Source: a virus
DNA length: 24,928 nucleotides
Direction: 5' to 3' (one strand)
IMG/VR virus record: IMGVR_UViG_3300005663_001084
Coordinates: 1-24,928 of that record
The notes beneath the pieces were generated by a model. That model did not search any database. It saw only the letters and a list, made by a program, of their open reading frames with translations, and was not told the DNA's origin. The position numbers and the translations under genes are program-made. Positions 15,138 through 22,204 of this stretch are shown one piece after another; position 1 is the first letter of the stretch; the number at the start of each line of letters is the position of its first letter.

Positions 15138-15170
15138 GACAGTATAACAGAGCCAAAAATTTCAGAAAAG
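15138..15170 (-). promoter_or_regulatory. Extended -10 promoter (TGtTATACT) for the Gly-rich protein gene.
   Basis: Minus-strand reading is ctctgTTATACTgtcgccATG. Confidence 0.4.
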
Positions 15171-15255
15171 GGGTGTCCCGGAATTTGTAAGACAGCCTGA
15201 GCCAACATGTTACAGAATTTCGACGCGGATTATTTCGGAATCGCTGAAATCTTTG

Positions 15256-15274
15256 ACCTGGGAATTTCCCAGGT
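15256..15274. other. Short hairpin CCTGGG-aattt-CCCAGG inside the long intergenic region.
   Basis: Read directly. Confidence 0.3.
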
Positions 15275-15316
15275 GCCTGGACGCGCTTGAGGAGTAAGTA
15301 AAGCGATAGGGGCGAC

Positions 15317-15395
15317 AAAGACCTTATTTACCTTGTCAACTAAGTTGAATCCTGGACAGGACTTGCGCCCACGAAAAGATACGGTAAGGTCTTTA
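15317..15395. repeat. Long-range inverted repeat AAAGACCTTAtttACC / GGTAAGGTCTTT enclosing a ~50-nt loop. It could be an ncRNA, attenuator or terminator structure downstream of gene 15427..15783.
   Basis: Read directly. It sits in a ~290-bp AT-richer non-coding stretch (15135..15426). Confidence 0.35.
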
Positions 15396-15426
15396 CGCCA
15401 CTTGGGGCCTTAACTGCGCCTCTTTC

Positions 15427-15783
15427 TCAGGCCGTCTGGCGGACACGTTCGACCAGGAAGTTCAGGACGCGCAGGAAGCCCGCCATGTCGGTCCCGGCCG
15501 GGTTTGGACCCTGGGACGGCGGCAGCATCTCGCGCGCCACGTTCAGGCAGACGCGCTTCATCTCCTGAACTGCTACGCCCTGCATCTCAGCCTTCAGCGG
15601 GCCGAGCGCCTCCTCCAACGAGTCGAGGTTGACCTGGGCTTCGTCCCGATCCTGGTCCGCCCCGTAAGCGTACAAGAACAGTTGGTCAAGCAGATCCTCA
15701 CCATCGGCCATTGCCATGGTCGGCCGCTCGGCTTCGTCGAAGAACTCTTCGATGCGCTCTTTCGTTGCGTCGTCAATAGGCAT
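15427..15783 (-). CDS. Acidic hypothetical protein of 118 aa.
   Basis: ATG at 15783. It overlaps the end of the upstream gene by 11 nt. Confidence 0.7.
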   Translation of the reverse strand: MPIDDATKERIEEFFDEAERPTMAMADGEDLLDQLFLYAYGADQDRDEAQVNLDSLEEALGPLKAEMQGVAVQEMKRVCLNVAREMLPPSQGPNPAGTDMAGFLRVLNFLVERVRQTA

Positions 15784-16324
15784 TGGACTCTACACTCCCT
15801 GCCTCAGGTCGAGGCACTTTTTTGTGCATGCACAAATGAATGTCCCTGATCGCCCTTCCGCTGGTCTCGGGGTACGCCATCGGAAGGACGCGCCTAACTT
15901 CCTCCTCTAACTTTTGTTGCCCTGGCTCACTATCCACGTGGATGGCGTACTCCAACCACGTTCCGTCTTCCCATAAGACGTAGAAACGTGCAAGGGTGTA
16001 ACTCTCTTTGCCAATAGCCTGACCTGGAGGTGGGCCAAGAATCCAGGTGATCGCAGTATTATTTAACTTTGATCGCGTGCACACTCGTGTCTTTCCTTGG
16101 TGTACCGCATTCCACGTATTTGCAAGGTCAGGCAACCGCTTATGCGCGTCGTTGTACGGGTCTTCAACACCAGACTGCTTCATGTAGAACCCAAGCTCAT
16201 TAGCCGTGGGAGGTGTTCTCCCCTCATCCATGTACTTGATCAGATACCCCAAAACGCGCGTGCACAAATCCGAAAGGTTTGGCAGAAGTTTCCGGTAAGC
16301 CTCAATGCTGGTCGGTTTAACCAC
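15773..16324 (-). CDS. Hypothetical protein of 183 aa.
   Basis: GTG start at 16324 with GGGGAG 4 nt upstream. It overlaps the upstream stop as GTGGTTAA. Confidence 0.7.
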   Translation of the reverse strand: MVKPTSIEAYRKLLPNLSDLCTRVLGYLIKYMDEGRTPPTANELGFYMKQSGVEDPYNDAHKRLPDLANTWNAVHQGKTRVCTRSKLNNTAITWILGPPPGQAIGKESYTLARFYVLWEDGTWLEYAIHVDSEPGQQKLEEEVRRVLPMAYPETSGRAIRDIHLCMHKKVPRPEAGSVESNAY

Positions 16325-16838
16325 GAGGCTCCCCGTTCGGCGTCTTGGTCAGATCAGGAATCATGTACGGGTTGATCCGGAACACGGACGTGTCGGCGAG
16401 GCCGAAGCGGACCTCCATGAGCGATTCGTTTTCCGGCGTGGGCTCTCCCGTCGTCGGCCGTAGCTGCCACCAGACCCGATCCCAGTAGCTGCCGTACTGA
16501 TCGTTGCCGCCCCACAGATCGTAGTGCCGGTTCCACAGCGCACCCATCCACATGTCGCGCATAGCTTCGTGACCGAACGCTTCCTCGGCGTCGTGGTGAC
16601 CGAAGACCGCGAGGATGAGCGCCTTGTTGTCGTGGAAGTTGTCAGACTCCACGATCCAGTAATTGTGCTGCCAGTCCATCCCGTCGACCCAGACCTCGCC
16701 GTAGTAGCCACCCTCCGGGTGACCGAAGCGTGCGACCGGGACGGCCGGGTTCTCGCGCGCGAGCCCATTGTACTTTTCGTACGCGGCCTCGATGAGGTTG
16801 TAGCCGTTGGTGAAGTGTGTAGCGAATCTGACGAGCAT
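16317..16838 (-). CDS. Trp/His-rich hypothetical protein of 173 aa.
   Basis: ATG at 16838 lies ~14 nt downstream of repeat promoter copy 5. Confidence 0.75.
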   Translation of the reverse strand: MLVRFATHFTNGYNLIEAAYEKYNGLARENPAVPVARFGHPEGGYYGEVWVDGMDWQHNYWIVESDNFHDNKALILAVFGHHDAEEAFGHEAMRDMWMGALWNRHYDLWGGNDQYGSYWDRVWWQLRPTTGEPTPENESLMEVRFGLADTSVFRINPYMIPDLTKTPNGEPRG

Positions 16839-16846
16839 GTAAGAGT

Positions 16847-16876
16847 CCCTACCCGTGTTATCGGATTGGGAAGGCT
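16847..16876 (-). promoter_or_regulatory. Repeat-family promoter, copy 5 (TTGCTG-N18-GATAACACGGG).
   Basis: Minus-strand reading is TTGCTGAAATAGCCTTCCCAATCCGATAACACGGG. It begins 3 nt after the TAA of the GNAT gene. Confidence 0.55.
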
Positions 16877-16889
16877 ATTTCAGCAATAA

Positions 16890-17327
16890 TTATTGGAGAT
16901 TCCACGAAACGGCCCACCCGTCGCCCGGTTTGCCTTCTCCGTCGACTTCGTGGTAGCTGGTGGCCGGAATTTCGTCGATACTCTCAAACGCGGTCGCGGA
17001 GGGCGTCCCAAAGGCCGAGACCAAGGCCCGGTACGACTTTTGAGACGTCACATCCGCTTCGACCGTCTTCACGCCCCACTCTTTCAACGACTGGGCTGCT
17101 TTTTGGGCCAGGAGCGTACCGTAGCCCCGGCCGCGATGTGCGGGCTTCACAAAAAGGTTGCCCAGGTGGGATTTCGTGTCGTCGAGAGTCTCAGTCGTCA
17201 CGTGGCCGACTTCTTCGCCCGCAAGGTAGGCGCGAAGAGTCAGACCGCCCCAGGGAGCCTTCATCACCTGGAAAGTGAGGCCCCGGGCTTCGTTGAGGAC
17301 GGTTCGGATGGCGCGTCGGGAATCCAT
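16890..17327 (-). CDS. GNAT family N-acetyltransferase, 145 aa.
   Basis: GNAT motif A is present: VKPAHRGRGYGTLLAQKA. ATG at 17327 lies 7 nt after a TATACT box, so the mRNA is leaderless. Confidence 0.85.
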   Translation of the reverse strand: MDSRRAIRTVLNEARGLTFQVMKAPWGGLTLRAYLAGEEVGHVTTETLDDTKSHLGNLFVKPAHRGRGYGTLLAQKAAQSLKEWGVKTVEADVTSQKSYRALVSAFGTPSATAFESIDEIPATSYHEVDGEGKPGDGWAVSWNLQ

Positions 17328-17334
17328 GGCGGAG

Positions 17335-17363
17335 AGTATACCCGGATCACCAGATCAGGTAAA
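17335..17363 (-). promoter_or_regulatory. Promoter TTTACC-N17-TATACT for the GNAT gene, giving a leaderless transcript.
   Basis: Minus-strand reading is TTTACCtgatctggtgatccgggTATACTctccgccATG. Confidence 0.4.
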
Positions 17364-17390
17364 ATAGGTCCCACCGAATGGCGTCGTCAG

Positions 17391-17669
17391 TCATTCTTCG
17401 TCATGCCCCACAGCCTGGAACTGGCGGTCGCGACAGTACACCCGAACCAAGCTGTCCCTGATAACTTCGCCCGCATGGTCTGTCCAACGAAAATGGCACT
17501 GGGCACACTCCCGAACGGGAATCGACACGATTAACTGCTGTGCGTCCTTACCGGAGCCCTGCTGAAAAATGTCCGGAGTCCACTCCGTCGAAACTTCAGC
17601 ACCGAGGCACTGCGGACAATGCAGCATCTCCTCATAATCCGCATTCGATAAATCAACTGGGTTATCCAC
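17391..17669 (-). CDS. Zinc-ribbon protein of ~92 aa (CPQC...CAQC).
   Basis: GTG start at 17669 with GGAGGAAG 4 nt upstream. It overlaps the upstream stop as GTGGATAA. The S/T-rich N-terminal extension of the track ORF is rejected. An alternative ATG exists at 17627. Confidence 0.55.
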   Translation of the reverse strand: MDNPVDLSNADYEEMLHCPQCLGAEVSTEWTPDIFQQGSGKDAQQLIVSIPVRECAQCHFRWTDHAGEVIRDSLVRVYCRDRQFQAVGHDEE

Positions 17670-18399
17670 GCTTCCTCCTCTTCGTCGGCTTGCGACGAAA
17701 ACTCCACTCGTCGAACCCGCGCTGCTTGATGCGGTCGTCGTTGCCGACCTCGCCCATATCGCGGTCGGCCATGCCAAGCACGCCGGACAGGTACATGTGG
17801 ATCTCCTGGCAGGCGGTATACGAGTCCTTGACCTTCATAAAGCCATAGTCTTTGAGTCGCGGATTGAGGATCAGCTTGCACTTGCTCTTCTTCGATGACC
17901 AACCGCTGAACCAGCCCGATAACCCCGCCTTATCTATGTGCAGGAAGCACGGCACGCGGTACCGCACGAACATGGGCAAGAGGAAGCCCCACGAGTTCAG
18001 ATCGAAGAAAGTTTTGAAGTCCACGTCGGAAATTCGCCGCCGCCAGGAGAACGCCCGACGGCTGTTGACATGTTCTCGTTCCTCCGGAAGAATCTCGTCC
18101 AAGTAGGCCATCAGCGGTTCCACTGTGTAGAAGAACTGCGTGGGATTATTTTCGATGGTGTCCAGGAGTTGCGTGACCTGGACATGCGGGTAGATCTCCC
18201 CGCAGAACCCCACAACGCGCCATTCGATCACGTAGTTCTTCTGCTTGTGCGAAGAACTGTGCGAGTAGAGCCGCAGGTGCCGCGCATCATTCAAGGTGAC
18301 GTTCACCTCGGATTTCTTGCGCTGGTAGACGCACGTCTTGTCGACGCCGTGCGCCAGGGCCGTGTCGTAGTAGTCGTGGAATTTCGAGATGATCAGCAT
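17662..18399 (-). CDS. Hypothetical protein of 245 aa.
   Basis: ATG at 18399 shares its A with the upstream TGA (TGATG). Confidence 0.75.
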   Translation of the reverse strand: MLIISKFHDYYDTALAHGVDKTCVYQRKKSEVNVTLNDARHLRLYSHSSSHKQKNYVIEWRVVGFCGEIYPHVQVTQLLDTIENNPTQFFYTVEPLMAYLDEILPEEREHVNSRRAFSWRRRISDVDFKTFFDLNSWGFLLPMFVRYRVPCFLHIDKAGLSGWFSGWSSKKSKCKLILNPRLKDYGFMKVKDSYTACQEIHMYLSGVLGMADRDMGEVGNDDRIKQRGFDEWSFRRKPTKRRKRG

Positions 18400-19103
18400 C
18401 AGGAGGGTGCGATTTGAAGCACATCCTCGACGCCGCTGCCGTCCTTCTTCTGGCGGCGGGTGACCAGCGCCATAATGGGCATTCCGAGGGCCTCTTGAAC
18501 CTCCGCAGCAAACTGACCGCGAGGTCCCTGCATGCCCACAGCAACCGGCCCGAACGGCTCTCCGATCAGCAGGACGGCCGAGTCATGGATCTTGGTCTTC
18601 TGCTCGTCAGTGATCTTCAAATCGTTGTGCACTTCGATCAGCAATCCCGTCGTCTGGTCGCCGGTCACGGGCGGATTGACCAGTTCGGGCTCGAACGGAA
18701 CGAACACGCCGTTGTGCCGGTCTCGGTTGGCCTGCATCTGATCAGCGGTGTATCCGATGATGAAAACACCCTCGACGTCGTCCATGTAAATGCCGTGCGG
18801 GATCACGGCGGTCAGCGGAGTCTTCGATCCGTCGGGAACGCCTTCCGGCCAGATGTAGCCGTACATGAACTCCAGATCTGGAGGGCATTTTGCGCTCGGC
18901 AGCTTGAAGGGACCGACGAAGCCCGGAAGCTGCTGCTCCAGCGGTGGAGCGAATGCGAAGTGCTCGTCGTCCTTGTACTTCTCCTGCAAGTCGGCCGCCG
19001 TTTGCTCCGGTGTACGGCCCCGGAGACGCTCAATATCTACCCGGCGTTCGTAGACACTATCCGACGAGGAGTACAGGCGAATGTAAAAAATACCGCGCAG
19101 CAT
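18399..19103 (-). CDS. Hypothetical protein of 234 aa.
   Basis: ATG at 19103, TGATG-coupled to the upstream gene. Confidence 0.75.
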   Translation of the reverse strand: MLRGIFYIRLYSSSDSVYERRVDIERLRGRTPEQTAADLQEKYKDDEHFAFAPPLEQQLPGFVGPFKLPSAKCPPDLEFMYGYIWPEGVPDGSKTPLTAVIPHGIYMDDVEGVFIIGYTADQMQANRDRHNGVFVPFEPELVNPPVTGDQTTGLLIEVHNDLKITDEQKTKIHDSAVLLIGEPFGPVAVGMQGPRGQFAAEVQEALGMPIMALVTRRQKKDGSGVEDVLQIAPS

Positions 19104-19423
19104 CAGAAACGTCTCCCGGTCGGCCTGTCCTCGTTTTTACACGGCAAACGGGAGACCGTGAACGTGTCGATGACCTTCCCGTCGCGGACGCGGGCGTAGC
19201 CCCAGCACTTGGTCGGACCCTCGGCATCGACGCAGGGCCACTCCCAGGTCCAGCACTCGTCCTGGTCGGTGAAAAACAGTGTGAAGAGGCACCAAACAGG
19301 CAGCATGAGCGGGTGCACGGTGTACACCCGGCGCATACGGCCGTTGGTCGCGGCCTCCAGTTTGACCTTAATCCCCAGGGCCTCGGGAGGAACCACCCCG
19401 AACTTTGGTTTCGTGATCTTCAT
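19103..19423 (-). CDS. Hypothetical protein of 106 aa, leaderless and first gene of an operon.
   Basis: ATG at 19423 lies 6 nt after the -10 box of repeat promoter copy 6. The track ORF extension MAILPPKSDNIG is simply the promoter read through. Confidence 0.7.
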   Translation of the reverse strand: MKITKPKFGVVPPEALGIKVKLEAATNGRMRRVYTVHPLMLPVWCLFTLFFTDQDECWTWEWPCVDAEGPTKCWGYARVRDGKVIDTFTVSRLPCKNEDRPTGRRF

Positions 19424-19429
19424 GCCTAT

Positions 19430-19459
19430 ATTATCGGATTTGGGAGGCAAAATAGCCAA
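19430..19459 (-). promoter_or_regulatory. Repeat-family promoter, copy 6 (TTGGCT-N18-GATAATATAGG).
   Basis: Minus-strand reading is TTGGCTATTTTGCCTCCCAAATCCGATAATATAGGCATG. Confidence 0.6.
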
Positions 19460-19470
19460 GTTATTTCAGG

Positions 19471-19495
19471 CTGGGGCGATCAAGTTCGACCCCAG
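19471..19495. other. Hairpin CTGGGG-N13-CCCCAG between gene 19586..19843 and promoter copy 6. It is a possible terminator or operator.
   Basis: Read directly. There is no U-tract. Confidence 0.3.
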
Positions 19496-19585
19496 AACTA
19501 CTAACTTTCCGCAGTTTTATGTCGTAATCCACGCCGGACCTTGTATTTCCCCGCCCAGCCTCGATGACGATTCCGCCGACCATTA

Positions 19586-19843
19586 TCAGGCCTCGTGCGG
19601 GTGGACGCCGGTCAACCCAATGAACAGTTCGATGGCGTCAGCAAGGATCTCGAATTCAATCTTTCTGCGCTCTTCCTGGTCGGCCTTGAAGTCCGTCTGG
19701 TCGGTGCTGACACGCGGCTGCTGGACAGCGCTGATGTTTTCCATGCACCGCTTGAACAGCTTCTCGGCCCGCCGGATCTCCGGGCTGTGCCCGTTGCCCA
19801 TGAAAATCTGGCGAGTCAACTCAGGAAGCTCCGGTGCGTCCAT
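19586..19843 (-). CDS. Hypothetical protein of 85 aa.
   Basis: ATG at 19843, TGATG-coupled to the upstream gene. Confidence 0.65.
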   Translation of the reverse strand: MDAPELPELTRQIFMGNGHSPEIRRAEKLFKRCMENISAVQQPRVSTDQTDFKADQEERRKIEFEILADAIELFIGLTGVHPHEA

Positions 19844-20124
19844 CAGAGGCTGTCCACGATTTCGTCGTGAACCTCGGCCGGGATCTGCTCAGTCACGCCC
19901 AACCGCTTGAAGGTGTTCCAGGCTTGGCGGCCCTCTTCGGAATGGTTAAGGATCTCAGTGCGGTGGCCGTACTCGCTTTCGCCATACTTGACTTCGACCC
20001 AGTCCAGGTACACGTGCGAGCGTTCAGTACAAAGCGCCCGCAGGTATTCGACGAAATGTGCCCGCTGGCCGTCGCCCTGGTCGCTCTCGGCCCAGCCCTC
20101 CTTGCTGCCGTCCGGCGCGACCAT
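19843..20124 (-). CDS. Hypothetical protein of 93 aa.
   Basis: ATG at 20124 with AGGAG 4 nt upstream. Confidence 0.7.
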   Translation of the reverse strand: MVAPDGSKEGWAESDQGDGQRAHFVEYLRALCTERSHVYLDWVEVKYGESEYGHRTEILNHSEEGRQAWNTFKRLGVTEQIPAEVHDEIVDSL

Positions 20125-20151
20125 GAAGCTCCTGTAGCGATTGACGCCGTC

Positions 20152-20262
20152 CTAAACGATCTCGGTGACGAGCATGCCTAATTCAACGGCCTGGGTACGG
20201 GCCTTGTCGAGTTGGGCACCGTGGGCCGTCACTACGATAGCGTGGTGGAGAACGTAGCTCAT
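20152..20262 (-). CDS. Leaderless micro-ORF of 36 aa (MSYVLHHAIVVTAHGAQLDKARTQAVELGMLVTEIV).
   Basis: ATG at 20262 lies 6 nt after the -10 box of repeat promoter copy 7. It is below the 60-aa cutoff of the track. Confidence 0.4.
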   Translation of the reverse strand: MSYVLHHAIVVTAHGAQLDKARTQAVELGMLVTEIV

Positions 20263-20268
20263 ACCTGT

Positions 20269-20298
20269 GTTATCGGATTGGGGCAGCTATATCTCTTG
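20269..20298 (-). promoter_or_regulatory. Repeat-family promoter, copy 7. The -35 box is degenerate and the -10 region is GATAACACAGG.
   Basis: Minus-strand reading is GAGATATAGCTGCCCCAATCCGATAACACAGGTATG. Confidence 0.45.
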
Positions 20299-20368
20299 GT
20301 AATTTTGAAAATTAGTAAACCGAACGGACCCTGACCACCTCCCCGTACTTCGAGGCCTTGTCCCGGGC

Positions 20369-20497
20369 CTATTCCTCGCAGTCCGCTTCGACCCGGTAAT
20401 CGCGAGTGTACTTCGAGTCGGCAGGCTTCACCGTGACCAGGAAGTGGTACCGGATATGCTGACAGTGGATGTCAAGATTGGTCAACGCTGCGGTCAT
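20369..20497 (-). CDS. Micro-ORF of 42 aa.
   Basis: ATG at 20497 with GGAGA 7 nt upstream. Confidence 0.4.
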   Translation of the reverse strand: MTAALTNLDIHCQHIRYHFLVTVKPADSKYTRDYRVEADCEE

Positions 20498-20557
20498 TTC
20501 TCTATCTCCAAGAAGATCGAAGTGTTCTCTCCAACGTACGCCACAACCACGTTGAAG

Positions 20558-20746
20558 TCAAAAAATTCGTCCGCAGTTTTCCTCAGCGACAGCTTGAGTC
20601 ATCTGCGCGCAAAGTTCTTCCTCGATAGTCGGGCGTGGGCGGACCCAACCCCAGAGCTTCTGGACGTGGACCCAGGAGCCCTTCCCGACGACGATCTCGT
20701 AAACCCTAGACAGGAAGAGGATGGCCCTGTCCTTGAACGTCGTCAC
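20558..20746 (-). CDS. Small hypothetical protein of 62 aa.
   Basis: GTG start at 20746 has no SD. It may be coupled to the upstream micro-ORF. Confidence 0.3.
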   Translation of the reverse strand: MTTFKDRAILFLSRVYEIVVGKGSWVHVQKLWGWVRPRPTIEEELCAQMTQAVAEENCGRIF

Positions 20747-20770
20747 GCAGTAGTAGATCTGAAAAGCGGA

Positions 20771-20845
20771 TCAGCCACAGTACTCTCCCAGCGCCAGCAT
20801 CGCAATGCCGATCAGAATCCAGACCCACCCGTAGCTGTCACTCAT
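20771..20845 (-). CDS. Hydrophobic micropeptide of 24 aa (MSDSYGWVWILIGIAMLALGEYCG), possibly a membrane peptide.
   Basis: Its ATG overlaps the TGA of the upstream Zn-ribbon gene as ATGA. GGAAG lies 5 nt upstream. Confidence 0.35.
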   Translation of the reverse strand: MSDSYGWVWILIGIAMLALGEYCG

Positions 20846-20994
20846 GGTTTCTTCCAGACCGAGGTCTTGAAGTAGCACTTACGCGAGCAGTAGATCCGAA
20901 TACCCCACTGCTGAATGCTGATACGCAGTTGCTTGCGCGTGAAGCTCTTCTTGCAGACCGGGCAGGTTTTGGTCTCTTCAATGGTAGTTGTCAT
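20842..20994 (-). CDS. Zinc-ribbon protein of 50 aa (CPVC...CSRKC).
   Basis: ATG at 20994 with GGAG 6 nt upstream, just after the TAA of gene 21009..21332. Confidence 0.5.
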   Translation of the reverse strand: MTTTIEETKTCPVCKKSFTRKQLRISIQQWGIRIYCSRKCYFKTSVWKKP

Positions 20995-21008
20995 CAGGTT
21001 CTCCTATT

Positions 21009-21332
21009 TTACTCGCGAGCCATCACACCCAACGCTTGCCATACCAGCTTTCCGATCTCGTTCTCAATCTCGTCTTTGATCCGCTCGAACAGGGGCTTCT
21101 GGTGCCGCCGTCCCCAGCGCCACGCCGTGCGGGCCTGCTGGTGAATACGCTTCTTCCTAATCCGCCGCCGTGCCTGCAACTGCGTCCGCTGAACGAAGTT
21201 CTCTGGTGGCACCCACAGCAGCGGCCGATGGAAACCATGCAGGATGTAGGACAACTCCCACACCCACCGGAAGCGGCTGGGGCAGTCGACCATAGGCCAC
21301 TCACGAGACTTCCATCCCCGGAGGTCATTCAT
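21009..21332 (-). CDS. Hypothetical basic protein of 107 aa, leaderless.
   Basis: ATG at 21332 lies 6 nt after the -10 box of repeat promoter copy 8. The track extension ...PQSDNIG is the promoter read through. Confidence 0.7.
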   Translation of the reverse strand: MNDLRGWKSREWPMVDCPSRFRWVWELSYILHGFHRPLLWVPPENFVQRTQLQARRRIRKKRIHQQARTAWRWGRRHQKPLFERIKDEIENEIGKLVWQALGVMARE

Positions 21333-21338
21333 ACCTAT

Positions 21339-21368
21339 ATTATCGGATTGCGGGGGCTGTTTCGGCAA
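21339..21368 (-). promoter_or_regulatory. Repeat-family promoter, copy 8 (TTGCCG-N18-GATAATATAGG).
   Basis: Minus-strand reading is TTGCCGAAACAGCCCCCGCAATCCGATAATATAGGTATG. Confidence 0.6.
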
Positions 21369-21388
21369 GAATTTCTGGATCGGGCGAG

Positions 21389-21904
21389 TCACGTGGGCAG
21401 TTTGGACAGGTTCGGACCCCACTTCCAGTCAAAACCTTTGATCTGGGCACGTCTTATGAGACGGACCAAGGCTCCCATCTCGCGCTTCCGGACGGACTCG
21501 TCGAACACCCGGCGCTCCGGGCTTTTGCTGGCCGGGACGGTCATCGTCTTCGGAGGCAGGCAGATCTTGCGAATATTCTTCGGCGTGCAGTACAGCAGGC
21601 CCCACCCGTGCTTCTCAACGTCCTCGGCCTCCAGGACGCCCGGCTGGCACATGTACCAGCGTTCCTGGCCGACGCCAAATCCTGGGTTACGGTACTTCTT
21701 CCTGCGGTCGGAGTAGAAATCCCCCTTGGTCGCCTTGCACTCGACCAGGATCGACCAGCCGTTGCCGAGCCACCCGAACGCGTCAGGCTCCTCCCCAGCG
21801 TGCATCGGAAACTCAGACGCGACGGCCTTGCAGTGTTGGATGGTGAGCCACTTGATCGCGCGGCGAACCAGTTCGTCGTGGTCGAGAACTATCGGCTCCG
21901 TCAT
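21389..21904 (-). CDS. PD-(D/E)xK nuclease-fold protein, 171 aa.
   Basis: EPDAFGWLGNGWSILVECKATKG matches the D...E-x-K restriction-endonuclease-like core. ATG at 21904 overlaps the upstream stop as ATGA. The R-rich N-terminal extension of track ORF 21389..22195 is rejected. Confidence 0.65.
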   Translation of the reverse strand: MTEPIVLDHDELVRRAIKWLTIQHCKAVASEFPMHAGEEPDAFGWLGNGWSILVECKATKGDFYSDRRKKYRNPGFGVGQERWYMCQPGVLEAEDVEKHGWGLLYCTPKNIRKICLPPKTMTVPASKSPERRVFDESVRKREMGALVRLIRRAQIKGFDWKWGPNLSKLPT

Positions 21905-22185
21905 ACAACACTGGCCGGATCGTCTCCGGGGCCGCCCGCGATACGCTTCTCCAGTCGGTCTGCCTGCTCCCGGAGAGCCTTCATCATGTCCTCGCGGTTG
22001 GCGTTGGAAATCCACTGCATGTTCTTGCCGTCGCCGCCGAACTCGAACATCAGTACACAGAATCCCCAGTCTGGAGGGCAGTAGCTTTCTTCGATGTGGC
22101 TGGCGAGCTTCTGAAGACCGGCGCGGACCATCTCGTGGTACAGGTTGAACGCTTTCTTTTTGTCGTCGGTCCTGGGCAGATACAC
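21901..22185 (-). CDS. Hypothetical protein of 94 aa.
   Basis: GTG start at 22185 is the first start codon in the ORF, with GGGAGG immediately upstream (spacing short). Codons are GC3-rich. Confidence 0.55.
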   Translation of the reverse strand: MYLPRTDDKKKAFNLYHEMVRAGLQKLASHIEESYCPPDWGFCVLMFEFGGDGKNMQWISNANREDMMKALREQADRLEKRIAGGPGDDPASVV

Positions 22186-22204
22186 CTCCCGTCACGGTCC
22201 GTCA

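Noticed and set aside
15300-15420. A possible tRNA in the AT-richer intergenic region. GTTGAATCC resembles a T-loop, and GGGCG...CGCCC resembles an acceptor stem.
   Set aside because: The candidate is only ~61 nt long. Its acceptor stem is 5 bp with mismatches, and no D or anticodon arms are consistent. A long-range hairpin explains the region better.
18399-19103. A possible LOG/SLOG-fold resemblance (AVLLIGEPFGPVAVGMQGP) in the 234-aa protein.
   Set aside because: The PGGxGTxxE and GGGxG signature motifs are absent. The resemblance is too loose to call.
21389-22195. The N-terminal ~97-aa extension of track ORF 21389..22195, and similarly those of 23593..24210, 17391..17777, 11446..12378 and 6382..7053.
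   Set aside because: The extensions are R/S/P-rich and low complexity. They overlap upstream genes or promoters. The internal ATG/GTG with SD or start-stop coupling is a far better start.
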